Both the position numbers and the translations under genes were made by a program. Below are positions 46,484-58,677 of a stretch of 64,000 nucleotides of DNA, in pieces. Under the pieces are notes generated by a model. The model did not search any database and was not told where the DNA came from. It worked only from the letters and a program-made list of their open reading frames with translations. The stretch is from the IMG/VR virus record IMGVR_UViG_3300031576_000002, positions 124,001-188,000 of that record; one strand, given 5' to 3'. Numbering within the stretch: position 1 is the first letter of the stretch; each line of letters opens with the position of its first letter.

Positions 46484-46772
46484 GCCTCAGTTCTCTCGTG
46501 GTGGCAGATCCCGCTGGTACGTGACCAACTCGCCAGCACCATTACGGAAAATGATCTCGATACAATCGTCCACTACTTTGAACAGTGCAGCTATGTGGCC
46601 ATCCGTACCGAGCAGCACAGCCGCCTGGTACTCCCTGGAATCAAGTGCGGCGTAGATGCGGGCCAGGGCGGCGTCGAGCGGAAGCGACTCGCTCTCTTGC
46701 ACCGTCAGGCAGACGCGCTTCCCGTCGCGGAAGAACGGGACCGTCAGGGGACCTTCGTCTTCATTCACGGCA

Positions 46773-47837
46773 CTAGGCCACCTTGTAAATGAGATGCCCG
46801 AACTCAGGGCGAAGAAACTTTCCTTCTTGCCGACTGCTGAACAGTCCCTGCCGCATCTCGAATTTCTCACCTGTTTCAAGCTGCTTGTACTTGACGGAAG
46901 CAGCGTGAGCTGGGAATCTGCTCGGGTCACTGGACTCCCTCACGGTAGAGAACAGTTGCACGATCCAGCCGTCCACCTCCGTCTCCGTATGACCCGACCC
47001 ACGCCCGCAGTCCAACTTGTACATCTGACCCCAGAAGGTCGGATCCTGCCACGAATCGGCAATGCGGTGGATCAAAGATGCAACCCGCTTGATCCAATAG
47101 AGTTGCGTCTTTGTCTGATCGTAAGTATCAAGAATGTTGATGTCCCTGCCAGACCAGCTACCGCTGTGCTTGCTGTACGGGACGGCCGCCACTTCGTACT
47201 GGTTCTCCATTCGCGGAAAAAAGATTGACTGCAACTTGTCCCACGAACTACGCAACAGCTCCCAGTCATCCCGCGACCCTTGGACGTCAATTGCGGGAAA
47301 ACCGCACAAAGTCGTGGAGTAGTAGTAGTAAGGACTCACCATGTCGGCGAGAGCGGCGTACCGTGCGAATCGTTCGCGCTCACCTGAAGTCGTGAACTCG
47401 GGGAAAAAAGTGCTGGTGTCGGTAGGAACGTACTTCTTCAGTTCCTCAATCAAACTGTCCATCGGCATCGTGTCCATGGAGCCCGATACGACTACTACCA
47501 AGGCTTTGTCCTCCCGTGTCGTAAACAAATCCCGAAAGGCAGCAGGATCTTTCGATACCATCTCCGTCAGCTCGCACAGGATCGTGTACCAGATGATGTC
47601 CGGCGTCACAACGATTCCTTGGTGCGTTGCCCAAGCGTATGTGAGGTAGTCCACCCAGTTGCGGTGAAAGACTTCGCCCGTCAGGTTGTGCTTGATTAGG
47701 TTTGGCTTCTTGCCTTTTGGCTTTTCGCGATGTCGCTGACTGAACAGATCCAGCGTTTCCGATGCCCGTCCCAGCGCTCGCTTTGAACCGTGTTTCCGAG
47801 GCACAACTTCCAGGTTTTCATCCAAGTTCAGAATCAT
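46773..47837 (-). CDS. DUF4419-domain protein
   Basis: HQGIVVTPDIIWYTIL; FPEFTTS; TLCGFPAIDVQGSRDDW. Confidence 0.75.
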   Translation of the reverse strand: MILNLDENLEVVPRKHGSKRALGRASETLDLFSQRHREKPKGKKPNLIKHNLTGEVFHRNWVDYLTYAWATHQGIVVTPDIIWYTILCELTEMVSKDPAAFRDLFTTREDKALVVVVSGSMDTMPMDSLIEELKKYVPTDTSTFFPEFTTSGERERFARYAALADMVSPYYYYSTTLCGFPAIDVQGSRDDWELLRSSWDKLQSIFFPRMENQYEVAAVPYSKHSGSWSGRDINILDTYDQTKTQLYWIKRVASLIHRIADSWQDPTFWGQMYKLDCGRGSGHTETEVDGWIVQLFSTVRESSDPSRFPAHAASVKYKQLETGEKFEMRQGLFSSRQEGKFLRPEFGHLIYKVA

Positions 47838-47859
47838 TTCAATCTCCTATCGTTGACTG

Positions 47860-50748
47860 TCACCATCCCAAGTCCTTCTTGACGTCTTCTGGGTCGCATC
47901 CCCAGCGCTTGCGGAACCCGATCCTGAGTCGATCCGCCAGTGAGAAGAGGAACAAAGAGATACCGAAATGAACCCCCATCAAGACGCCAGCAGTACGATC
48001 CCGCAGACCGAGCCACACGACAAACGCAAGCACCGCCCCAAAGGCCCCCACGTTGAGCCCCAGGCACGCGAGGCCCGTCCGCCGCACGTCGCGCTGGAGG
48101 GATCGGGTCTTGATGCCGTCAGGCTTCATCGTCCCACTTGCCCTCCGGCCATCCCGTAGCGTCGCCCCACTCTTCCCGCTTCCATCCGTTTTCGCCATCA
48201 ACTGGGTCCAGCAGCGCCCGGTGGGTTGCGCAGGCGTCGGGTGGATCGCAGGCGTCCGCCTTCGACTTCGCGGCAATATCCGCGAGGATAGCGCGTTTCT
48301 CGTCTTCGAGTTTGGACTCGTCGATCCCGAAGAATTCGGCCAGCAATGACTTGATGCTGAAGGGCACCGGAATCAGTTCGTCCTGCCGCAGCCCGCAGCG
48401 CCGCTCTCCATCTTGGTCACAACGGTCGTCATGCCGATGGTACTTCGCCAGCGTGAGGCCCTTGCGGAAACTCGACACGAGCCAGTCGAGTAACTCCCCA
48501 CATGCCTGGGACTTGTCCGCCACCAGGCGCAGCTTATCGTGTTCAGTCATTCTACCTCTCGCCTACTTCGGGCGAGCGTGCGCCAAACCAGAAGATACAT
48601 CCGCCGCTCTATGGCGTTCGTGCTCTGACATTCGATTCCAAAGTTTATCCATCTGGCCCAGTATTGCATCCACGGCTTCGGACTCGTCCTCATCTATCGG
48701 CACCAACTCGTGCAGCAGCTTGATGTATTCTTCGTAGTCAGCGTTCATGTCTTCCCGGCGCAACTCGGGCTCCGCTCGAATATCGGGCAGCTCGCCAAAG
48801 TCCTTTTGGGTAGAGCTGCCCGAATAGGAGGGTTCTCTTCATCTCGTAACTCGATCGGGGAGTTGGCAACGCACCAACTCGGCTGCGTCGTGCGCCCGCA
48901 CCCGGGACTCACCCTTGAACCAGACGCAGTCAGGATCATACAACTGATCCTCCAGTTGGTTTTCTGCCTTCCTCCAGACTTGCTCTTCGTCCTCTCCCCA
49001 CCACAGTTGCAACTCAGTGATTCCTAGTCCACCAGTTCCTCGTGCCACAACCCACATGTCGCCCCCTATTTCTTCTTCGCCGCCTTCGGCTTCGCTGCCT
49101 TGACGAGCGCACGGCACAGCGCCTCATTCAGCGTCTTGCCCTGGACCCAATCCGTAAGTGCGTCGTGGGAATGGCAGGATCCAACCTTCCACTCATCGCG
49201 CAGGTGCGAAATATGGAGGTCGCCATCGGGCAAGCGGTAGACGAGTTCTTCGATCAGGTCAGGAATCGTACTCGGATCTCTGGACGGCCAGCGTGCGCAC
49301 ATGTTTGGGTACACTTTCCAAACGTCGCGATCAAGCTTTATCGGATCTGGAATCTTCATGTGGTATGTCTTTCCTGCCCCGTAAAGGATTATACACCGAC
49401 AGACCGCCAAAGTAGCGGTCGTAGAACTCGTGGATCTTGTCGTCAGCTTCCAGCACCGGCAGCACGTCCTGGGGGTTGTAGTAGCGCGGCGCCAGGACAA
49501 GGGCTGCCGGGGCTGCGTCCGCGCTTCTATCGGCGATGAGTTTCATCGGCGTGGTCGGGTAGACTTCTTACGGTCGCGCCAACTCTGCACCCAGAACACC
49601 GATAGCTGCACCGGATTCACCAGGTAGAAAGTGAAACCATCATCGGCTGGAACATTGAGGAAATTCCAGTCCTGCTCTCGCTTGCACCACTCCCTGTATG
49701 AAACTAGGGAACCCTTGTCTACTTGAGTTTGGTAATGATAGTCGCGAAACCACCTCTGTCCTCGGAACCACTCATACCGCGCGTGATCCTGAATGAAATA
49801 GGTGCCAAGAATCTTTTTCTCGAAAAAGTAGATGATGACATCGGCCATGAGACGGTATTGATAGAGGGCTGCAAGCGCGGCTTCGTTCTTCCCGTACTCA
49901 GAGGAATCCAGCACTGCCGGCAAATACGCACTGGCTTCCGCAAGCGCCCACTCCGTATGCTGGAGCTGGAGTTTCTTGAGTTGCTTCATCAGACGCGCAG
50001 GATTCCCGTGGCTGACCCAAAAGCCTGTGGGTATCTTGGTGCTCATTTTTCGTCATCCTGGAAGATCAACCACAGGATCTCGCGTGCCGCGGCGTTCCGA
50101 ACCGAGATGTCGGTCAAGCCGTAGCGATCGTGCAGCAACATCGCGACGTTCGCGACGTAGCCCTGGAAGAACCCGGGGTCCGCTTCGAAGGCGTCGCGCA
50201 TCACTTGGCATGCTTCAGCCTCGCGCCACGCTTGCGCGGCCCATCCTCGTGCTTCCGATTCGGTCATGACCTCTCCTCCACAGTTCGCACTTGAAGTATC
50301 GAGCGCATTATGCTGGGCACATTTGTGCAATCGGACAGAAAGTCTACGGTAAGCTTCCCAAGCACTTCCCCATCAGTCGGTTCCCGCCGCAACTTTTTCG
50401 CCATCTGGGTGCGAACACCTTGAACGTGAAGGCGCGCCATACCTTCCCGGAGCAAGAGTTCGCGCTGTTCTTCCGGAGTCAGTAAAAGTTGTAGAAGATC
50501 GAACGGACGAACCAAGTAGCGCCAGCTCACAAGACGGCCATGCTCAAACCGGAGGGCTACATCGAAGTAGGTTGTCTTTGCGTGGGCATCGCACCACACG
50601 GTCGCGTCCTCTTCAAACGCTTCCGTGTCGGGCAGTCGGGTCTTAACCCGCGCACGTAGCACTTGAACTGGGCCTCGACGTTATCTCGTGCCATACCGCA
50701 GGTAGGGCACTTCCACCCGTCGATGAAGGCACTGTCAAACATTCCCAT
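47860..50748 (-). other. Hypothetical CDS run (membrane protein near 47860-48115, 48119-48550, 48563-48748, 48839-49060, 49066-49359, 49331-49546, 49543-50046, 50043-50330, 50264-50748 probably frameshifted)
   Basis: Co-oriented ORFs; TGTATAAT box at 49388-49395 upstream of 49359. Confidence 0.5.
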
Positions 50749-50901
50749 GGTTCACCTCGGCTTTCGGTTCTGGAGGAGGACATACACAGCACGAATCGTC
50801 TTGGTCCTCCGGCCGTCCATCGCGGCACTCAGGACACATCAAGCCGCACCGATACCCACCATCCCCGATCCGGTGCTGCCCTCGCCCGCAATCTTCCTGC
50901 T

Positions 50902-51726
50902 TCACGGTGGAATAATCGGATCCGCCTCGTGAAAAATGACGTCTACACGGTTGGTAACGGAACTGAATTTGGGAAGAGTCAGAAGAACAACGTCCGATCT
51001 TTCGACTGACAGATTTGGATTCTGACGGGCGTCATGTTTGGGCGGCAGTCGATCAATTTCTTCTGGGGCAAATGGGCGATTGACGGTCCGCCGTTGGTAG
51101 AAACTACCGCGTTTGAGAGGCGCTGCCAGATCATTCCAATTGTAACCCTTCTGGAACAGCATTTCTTGCATGTCTGACTGCTTCTTACCGTGCAGCTCTT
51201 TGTGAGAAAAATGAGCACGAGCCAGCATCTGGACGCTGTTTTTGGCAGCGTCTTGCTCTCGCCACAATACCGCGTTCGCGGCCTCCCACAACGTAGGCAC
51301 TGTGTAAGCTCGGCAATCAAACGAAACTCTCGCCCATTCTTCATCGTGACGTCTAATAAATAGCGGCCCCTGGAGGACAAAGGCGGTGGTTGCCATTGAA
51401 GCGATGACCGATACCAATTTCTGGATTCGGCCGTTGAAGAAAATCTCACTCGCGTAGGAGTCGGAGTACAGCACCAAGGTGATTTCGTCGGACTGGCAGT
51501 ATCCGATTCGAGCGTTGGTTTGTTCGACGAGATGACGAGTGACCGCCCTCATCAAGTTGACAAATCCGACGTCAAAGGGACGCTCTAGGCCAACGGTGAA
51601 AGTATGAAAAGAACGGCCGTCGATACGAACAATAACAGGCAGCAAAGGCATAAACTTCTCACCTGCATGGATACTTTCCAGCATTTTCATCCGGTCGCCC
51701 AAATCATCGGGGCCTGGATAACCCAT
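50902..51726 (-). CDS. thg1: tRNA(His) guanylyltransferase Thg1 family protein
   Basis: LGDRMK, IVRIDGRSFHTFT, GYCQSDEITL, FNGRIQK, FDCR, WREQDAAKNS, GYNWN. Confidence 0.93.
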   Translation of the reverse strand: MGYPGPDDLGDRMKMLESIHAGEKFMPLLPVIVRIDGRSFHTFTVGLERPFDVGFVNLMRAVTRHLVEQTNARIGYCQSDEITLVLYSDSYASEIFFNGRIQKLVSVIASMATTAFVLQGPLFIRRHDEEWARVSFDCRAYTVPTLWEAANAVLWREQDAAKNSVQMLARAHFSHKELHGKKQSDMQEMLFQKGYNWNDLAAPLKRGSFYQRRTVNRPFAPEEIDRLPPKHDARQNPNLSVERSDVVLLTLPKFSSVTNRVDVIFHEADPIIPP

Positions 51727-51754
51727 GTTTCTCACGGAGTCTCTCCCTCCTGCT

Positions 51755-54095
51755 TCACTTGAACACCAGGACAGCCTTCTGGTCACCCGGGATCTTATCG
51801 AGCACGTCCTGCATCTTGATGTTGCGCCCGCTCAGGATCTCGGCCACCAGCGGGTGGGGATCCTTCCCGAAAGACCCCAACTCGTGCGTCCAGACGGACC
51901 GTCCAACCAGCGCTTCTAAGCGCTCGTGCACCAGCTCAAACGGAACCGTCAGGGGGGTCATGAACAAGAGGCTCAGCTCTTCGGCCCGCTCTTCACGAGG
52001 CGCCGCCCGGACCGACTCCATCGTGCTGCGCAGCCGCGCTCGGCAAGCCTCGCACCACTCCTTCGCCCCTACCTTCTGGTTGCAAATCCCACAGGTTCTC
52101 GTGCCCAGTTCGGCGCTCATGTCAGCGCTCCATTCCGTTTTGTTAGTTTCGTTACAGCGTCAAGGACTCGAAGCAAGAAATCATTTCTCTGTTTATACTC
52201 CGGAAATAGACGATCCCACACTTTGCACTCTTTCGACGTTCGGTCTGCCTCTGCATGACAGTCCGTAAAATCCAATTCTTCCACATGACGGAGCAGACTT
52301 GCGTCTTTTTCTACGCAAGACAGACAGTGTTCAACTACCGTAGCAACGTAGTCGTCTCTCTTCCTTGTTCTTGGCCAGTAGAATTTAGTCTCTCCGGCGC
52401 TATCAACGAGGAAGAACGAAAATGATCTCAAAGTGACGAACACTGGACTGCCAACTTCTATCGCGGCGCCACATCCCGAGCAGAAATGTTTCTTGCCAGA
52501 TGGATCCATGTCAGTTCTCCAACGGGTTCGGCTCGACAATCTTGGTTCGGAAGGGCCACCAGCAGGGCGCCACCCACACGACTCCGGTTGGCCCCGCGGC
52601 CCGCTCGATTCTCTTGCCATCGGGCAGGTAGGCAACGCCTGGCCCTCGTAGAAACTCTACCAGGTGCCACCCCAGCCAAATCTTCAGGCGAGGGAACCGG
52701 CCGAGGCTGGAATGTTGGTACATGCCCGGTGCCCCCTCACCAGTCACAGGGCGTGACCTTCCCGCTCTTGATGTGCTTCTCTGCCCGAAGTATCACTTCA
52801 CGCAGCATCTTTGCACGCGCGGCTAGGTCGTCCAGCGCATCCTTCCTCGTGTCGCCCTCGCCTTCGATCAACGCCATCCCTACGGGATTCATGATGGCGG
52901 CTCGCCACCACGTCTGCCTTCGCCCTACGACTACTTCCCCGAGGGTCTTGTCTAAAAAATCAATGAACACGCTACTTGGCTTCTTCATGGCTCGTCCTCT
53001 CGCTCAGTCAGCTCGAACCGAATCGAGTCGCCCAGCACGATAACTTGACCGCAGCCCTCGACAGGACACACGCCCCCAACACCCGGATCCTTGAACGCTT
53101 CCGACTTGCTCTGCTCTCTGTGAGCCGGGCAGTAGTTCTCGTACTTCGCCACCACGTAGCTCCAACCCTTCGTCTTGCCTGCGGACTCGGGTAGCGTGCC
53201 GGTGAGGCCCAAGAGGATGCCGACGAGCCCTTCATGCCCGGGTGGTCGCCGTTCATGCGTCAGGCCGGTCTTGAGATCGTGGTAAGGAGCGAGTCGGCAA
53301 TCCTGCACCTGAATGGCCGGATCCATCAGCAATGTTTCGTTGCACCAAACTCGCTGCTGGATCAGACTCGCTATTGCGTCGCGGTCCGTTTTGGTTGCCC
53401 GGTTCATCACCTCGATGATGCGGCGGGCGATCAGGCGGTTGACGGAGTCGGGTGTAGGGGAGTCGCGCGTCATGCCTTCTACGCAACCACGATACCCTCC
53501 TCCACACTCGTGAACTACTATGGCGCAACCATCTGCAATCTTGCGCTGCTCCTCATCACAGGCATGGCAATCGGCTATCAAACCGGAAAGAGACTCACGT
53601 TTTACCGCCACGAACTCGTGGTTCAACTGGTCCATCAGTGGGTCAGCCATTGGGCGTTCCTTTCCCGGCCAAGATGCCATACGCAAGACACCCAAACCGC
53701 ATATCGTCATCGGTCTCGCCCGGCACGAACCTCTTGCGGCAAAGGTTGATGTCTACTATCTCAAAGCCTGCGGGAATTGCGTGGTACCATTCGCCTGGAA
53801 ACAGCAGCAACACACCGCCACTAGCGTCCAGTTCATCCCAAGGGCGCAGCCCCATCTCGCACAACGCAAGATATGACATGGTGCGGAGCGACTCCCAGTC
53901 GCAGGGAGCGCACGCTGGGATCGGAGCACCGGCCTCGCGCTCAAACTGCGGCGTCACGATGTTGACTGGATCGTCAGGGCCAGCGCCAATAGCACGCCGA
54001 AGCCGGGCGGCCAACTTGGACTCCCGTCCACTCTGTAGTAGATCAGCCATGATTCTCACAGTTTTCCTTTCGCCGGCCGCAGCAGAAGCAAACAC
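51755..54095 (-). other. Hypothetical CDS run (51755-52120, 52117-52509, 52737-52988, 52985-53710, 53643-54050 region)
   Basis: Co-oriented ORFs, several with CxxC pairs. Confidence 0.5.
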
Positions 54096-54435
54096 CTATC
54101 AAGGACAAATTCTCTTCATCCTCTGCCAACCTCTTAGCAAAGGCTGCGTCTTCTTCCGGGGTGTAGCTTTCTGGACTCGGGTTCCAGATACTAAGTTCAT
54201 TGTGAAACTTGCCGACATCAAACGCGCTCCACCCGGAAGGAATCTCTTTTCCCGTCTTAGTCCAGTTTCTTCTAGCGTCAGATTTGCTCTTGAAGGCCAT
54301 CAGCATAACCAGCAAGTCGTACATATCAGTAGTTGGCTCCACCGTAATTACTTCTTCTTCGTCGGGAAAAATCAGCTTTTTATCCCCTTCTTTGAGATTT
54401 CCAAGTACCATCACGTTCAACACACGCTTTTTCAT
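54043..54435 (-). CDS. S4-like RNA-binding domain protein (resembles TyrRS C-terminal domain)
   Basis: MYDLLV..AFKSKSDARRN...IPSG. Confidence 0.5.
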   Translation of the reverse strand: MKKRVLNVMVLGNLKEGDKKLIFPDEEEVITVEPTTDMYDLLVMLMAFKSKSDARRNWTKTGKEIPSGWSAFDVGKFHNELSIWNPSPESYTPEEDAAFAKRLAEDEENLSLIGVCFCCGRRKENCENHG

Positions 54436-54752
54436 TTCGGCATTTCGGCTGGCAGTACGGGCCGTGGGAAGCACGACAGCGTGATACCCGACGAATCGCT
54501 AACGAAGAAACATACTTCTGCGTCCGACCAACATCTCGTAATCACTGCTCCAAATCTTCCACCCTGTTGCACCCATTCGTCGCACTGTCTACCCCCCGCG
54601 ACCTCGGGCTGGGGCGCTGGCGCAGCAGGGGGCTGATTCAACTTGCTCGTGTCCAGGGTTGAACGTGGCGCGACGACGGCCTGGACCAGCATGCCACCAC
54701 CCGCGGCGAACAAGGTTAACCCAAAAACTAAGAAATACTCGGTGCGTTTCAT
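54432..54752 (-). CDS. Cys-rich membrane-anchored small protein
   Basis: N-terminal TM; C..TRC..VC..GITLSC; paralog of 41373-41717. Confidence 0.6.
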   Translation of the reverse strand: MKRTEYFLVFGLTLFAAGGGMLVQAVVAPRSTLDTSKLNQPPAAPAPQPEVAGGRQCDEWVQQGGRFGAVITRCWSDAEVCFFVSDSSGITLSCFPRPVLPAEMPK

Positions 54753-55204
54753 TTTGCCCTCCGCTTCCTCAGTTCTGCCGCACGATCGGCTGCCTTCGTA
54801 AGCCGTGCGCTGGCCCGCGTGAATTGATGAGCCCGGTAACGCAGGGATACTTCCAGCTTGCGCAGAGCCGCGACTTCAGTGTCGGCGTATTCAACCGCTG
54901 TCTCCGGTCTGTTTGAGTGTGTTCTCGCAGTAGCCGCCCAATCAAGTTTCGACCAGCCAGGTATACGATTATAATTCTTTGTCCAAACTTTCATGTGCGC
55001 CGCTTTCTCGGTTGAAAGTCTTGCCAGTACTCCGACCGTATCCCGGGCTTCACTCCGCTCAGAGCCAGCAGAGCGTCCTGGAGTCCAGCCGCGTACCCAC
55101 CCTCAAACCCTTCACGTGCGAACCCGCGGGGATAAATCAAATATGCATTGCGGGAGGCCGCGATTGACTCGTCTACACGCTTGATCGCTTTCAGGATGTT
55201 GCGC

Positions 55205-55772
55205 TTAGACATCGGTCTTTAGCTCCAGTGGCCGTGCGCCAATGCGCTCAACCCGCGTGATGGCCGCCACGTCCCAGATGCAACCCGAGGCGCAATCCCA
55301 GCCGTAGTACCACAGCATTCCAGGGTGCAGCCGCAGACCCCACTGGTACGGCGCGATTTCGATCCCGGCATACCGCTCGGCTACCGCGTGCCAGTCCGGC
55401 GGATCCGAATAATACGGCCGGGCCTGGGGAACAAACTCGTGGTGGAATGCGAGCAAACTCCTCCTCGCTGCGGATCACCAAGATCCGGTCCAGCGCGACC
55501 TCGAAGCGGTACCAGTGGGGGCGGAGGCCAGAGAGGAAACTCTCGGCCTGGCACCACTCTATCCATGAGTTACCGACGCCGTACCAGACACCTGGCGGCT
55601 TTCCATTTGGCCGCGCCTTGAACTCCGCGAGAGACTGGAGCACCAGCGCGTCCTCATCGGAGCTATGGATCCTGTCGTCTGGCCCCACGGCTTCCGGCAC
55701 CATGCAGAAGCGGTTCTCTCCCTGCGCGGAAGGACACGCGACGTAGGCCACAGGGTTAACCTCCGGCTGCAT
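55205..55772 (-). pseudogene. Conserved viral hypothetical gene with a +1 frameshift at 55455-55457
   Basis: KPPGVWY..WIEWC..ILVIRSEEE / LLAFHHEF..DW..VA..YAGIEIAPY..WYYGWDCASGCIWD; one extra T (GAG TTT G). Confidence 0.7.
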
Positions 55773-55941
55773 CAACGTCCTCACACACGGTCGAGTTCCC
55801 CTCGGTGCAGCACTCGGAAGCCCAAGTAGTTCCATCCACACGCTCCCCTGAGTAGATAATACACCGCGCAGGATCAGATTCTACGCCGCAGCCAAGCAGG
55901 AGCACTACCACCGCCCAGCAAATAACATCAATCACATTCAT
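55756..55941 (-). CDS. Small Cys-rich lipoprotein
   Basis: VVVLLLGC lipobox; DG..W...CC...N.T motif shared with the 34609 ORF. Confidence 0.6.
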   Translation of the reverse strand: MNVIDVICWAVVVLLLGCGVESDPARCIIYSGERVDGTTWASECCTEGNSTVCEDVDAAGG

Positions 55942-57671
55942 ACCACATCTCCCCTCGGCGCCGCTCGACAAGAACTCCACCTTCGTCGAACAGTCCGAGA
56001 TCAAGATTCGTCGTGCGGCATAGGTGACGGTATGCCAACCACGCCTGTTTGAGATCATCTGCAAGAACAAGATCGACGGGGAACTCGGCCAGCGGAGAGT
56101 TCCAAGCGATACGGATGGGATAAATCAAACTGTTTACCGGGTAGTGCCCCTTGGGCCTGATAGCGAACATCACTTCCTCGGCAGTACCAGCTTACGGATT
56201 TTGGGGCGTATCTGCTGACGTATCTTCCAAAGATCAAAGGATCCTTGCGCGTTTAGCCACACATCAGGCGACGTGCGGAAGGCTACCCCCAGCCGAGATG
56301 GTCGCGGATCTTGGCCTGCATCTGGGCGAGGTCGCGTTCAGTTGGAACGCTATCCTCAGAACTCTTGGCCGGTTCTACTCCATGTGCCCCGTACTTCTCC
56401 TTCCAGCACTCCAAGCAGAGCCCGTCGAATTCAACGTGGAACCGCTCATACTCTCCGGAAGAAAAACCACAGGCATGGCAGGTAACCCGGCGGGCACGAG
56501 GCTGACTACTGGAGGACTCTTTCAAATCGCTCATGGCTCCCTCGGATACAACCGTGCTAACTCTTTCACTGCCCACCGAATTCGACCTACATCGTACAAA
56601 GTCAGAGGCTCTCCGGTTAACGCCAGGCCCGTCGTATACGTTTTGTACGGAGCGATCAGAGTCACCAACTGCTTCAGTTCTTCCGGCACTCCAGCGGCCT
56701 CAATCGCTTCAGCAATAGACATAGACGGATGCTCACGGCTAACCCAATTTGTACCCGCAAGAAGTAGTTTTTCGTGCCTAGTCATGGCTTCCTCGACAGA
56801 GTTGACCGATGCGCTGCTTCAATCCCTCGCGCAGCATCCCCTTGATTGTCTCGATCGCAGTATCCGGATTCGCCAGTACCTCGCGCGTCCATGTCTTCGT
56901 GGCTTCTCGCTCCGCTCGCAAGCTCGCCACCTTGGCCCCGTGGTAGGCGGGATCAAGGCAAAGATAGATCGGATGCAGGTTCATCTCTTGGAGCATGGGC
57001 TTGCAGAGATTCAGCAACGCTTGTACGAATCGCTCTTCGCGTGCCCCGACATTACAATACAATTCAAATACGTCGATTCGGCAGCCGGGTGGATCCTCAA
57101 TCCTGCGGTACCCTACGAGCACCTCTTCATCAAGTAGCAGGCGAACGGCATTCCGCACGATCTCAAGTCCAGCTTCGATGGCGGGTGATTTATTCATGGG
57201 CCGATCCTATCTGTGCGACCGTGGCGACGTGCTGGACCGTACACCTGTTCCCAGCACACGCGCTTTGAGTTTCCGCTAGCCCGGCAATGGTCGTAGGCAT
57301 CACGCGACGGGTTCACGACTTTGGGCGCCAACACACACAGCACGAGTAGAACGAAGAGCGCCGCTACCAGGAGCGCACACGCTTTGAACTGTTCTCGTGC
57401 GCGTGTATCCATATTTACTTTGTAGACGCCCAACCAGCCGCCCGTACTTCTGCCATCCACGGTGGATCTTCGTCAGGCAGTCCCAGCGCCTTCCGAATTG
57501 GCTTCCGGTCTTCGTAACTTTCAGCCGTAGCGAGCAGCACTTTCTTAGGCACTGGACGCAACGGAGGCCCATGGGCGTTGTCCGCCCAGCACTTTCCATC
57601 TGCGTCAATCGCCCACGTAGAAGGAATGTCCCAGCCTTTGTGGTGAAGAAATCCATGCCCGCGCAGAGGAA

Positions 57672-57686
57672 GGGGGGGGGGGGGGG
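57672..57686. repeat. G15/C15 homopolymer within ORF 57300-57875 (encodes PPPPP)
   Basis: Direct count of 15 G on the plus strand. Confidence 0.9.
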
Positions 57687-58368
57687 AAACTTCTTGCTGA
57701 TGTCGAACACGACGCGGCCGCCTGGTACCGGAAGTCGTGCCAACCCCTCCTGCACGTGTCCATTTACACGATCCCGCGCGTAGTTCATGACGGGATCGAA
57801 TCCGAGCGGTAGCTTGACAGCCATCTCAGCCTCCGTTCTCTTCCGCCTGCATTTCATCGGCACAGTCCGCAGCATTCAGAAGCTGCTTGGCAAACGCACG
57901 AACTGCGGGCGTAGAAGCGGTCCAAGTCATCGAAGCAGAGCCAGACTGAATCTGGAACTGGACGCCTTGGACGCCGAGGATCCGCATGATCTTGATGGAA
58001 GGAAAATCGCAGCCGCGTGAAGGAGGGGACGGCGGAGAGAGAGGCGGCTTCACCTCTTCCGGCTTGGTGCTTTTCTCTCTAATCATGGCGCTTGGCCCCG
58101 TAGACCCGCTCGACAAAGTGCCGCGCCTCCGAGGCGCACTCCTTATCCATTTGCCGCTTCTCCGCTTCCGCTGCCTTCTTGGTCGCCACGATATAGCACG
58201 GCTCCCGGCCTGGACCGTAACGCAGGGCCGCCTCACAGTAGATGCCCCATCCCAAGGCAACAAGCTCTGGCGCAGGCACTTGGCGACTACGTTTCGACTT
58301 GGAGGTGGACTTGCGACTGCGTGAAAGAGAGGGCTTCAATCCTCCCGGCTTGATGTTCTTTTCTTTGG

Positions 58369-58677
58369 TCATGTCTTTCTCGTACGCACAGGCAAGGCAC
58401 AACAGTCGGAAAAATTTACAAGGTCGCGGAAGAAATAGCGACCGGATAAGGCAACGGCAGCCGCTTCATCCATGCCACGCAAAGTTGAAGTCCAAATCCA
58501 ATTTGGTTGCGGATTGATTCTAACAATCACTACGGCTTCATCAACAGTAGGCAATCGCCAGTCCGAGAAGCCTCCTTCCCGATAAGACTTGGCGTACCTC
58601 TTGGCAGCATTCCAGTCCAAACGATGGCTTGAAAAAGTTGCTACCTGCAACTCGGTCTTGATTGCGCTCTTGGTCAT
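58369..58677 (-). CDS. DUF1566 (Lcl-like) domain protein
   Basis: LDWNAAKRYA....GGFSDWRLPTVDE..WIWTST..LPVR. Confidence 0.85.
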   Translation of the reverse strand: MTKSAIKTELQVATFSSHRLDWNAAKRYAKSYREGGFSDWRLPTVDEAVVIVRINPQPNWIWTSTLRGMDEAAAVALSGRYFFRDLVNFSDCCALPVRTRKT

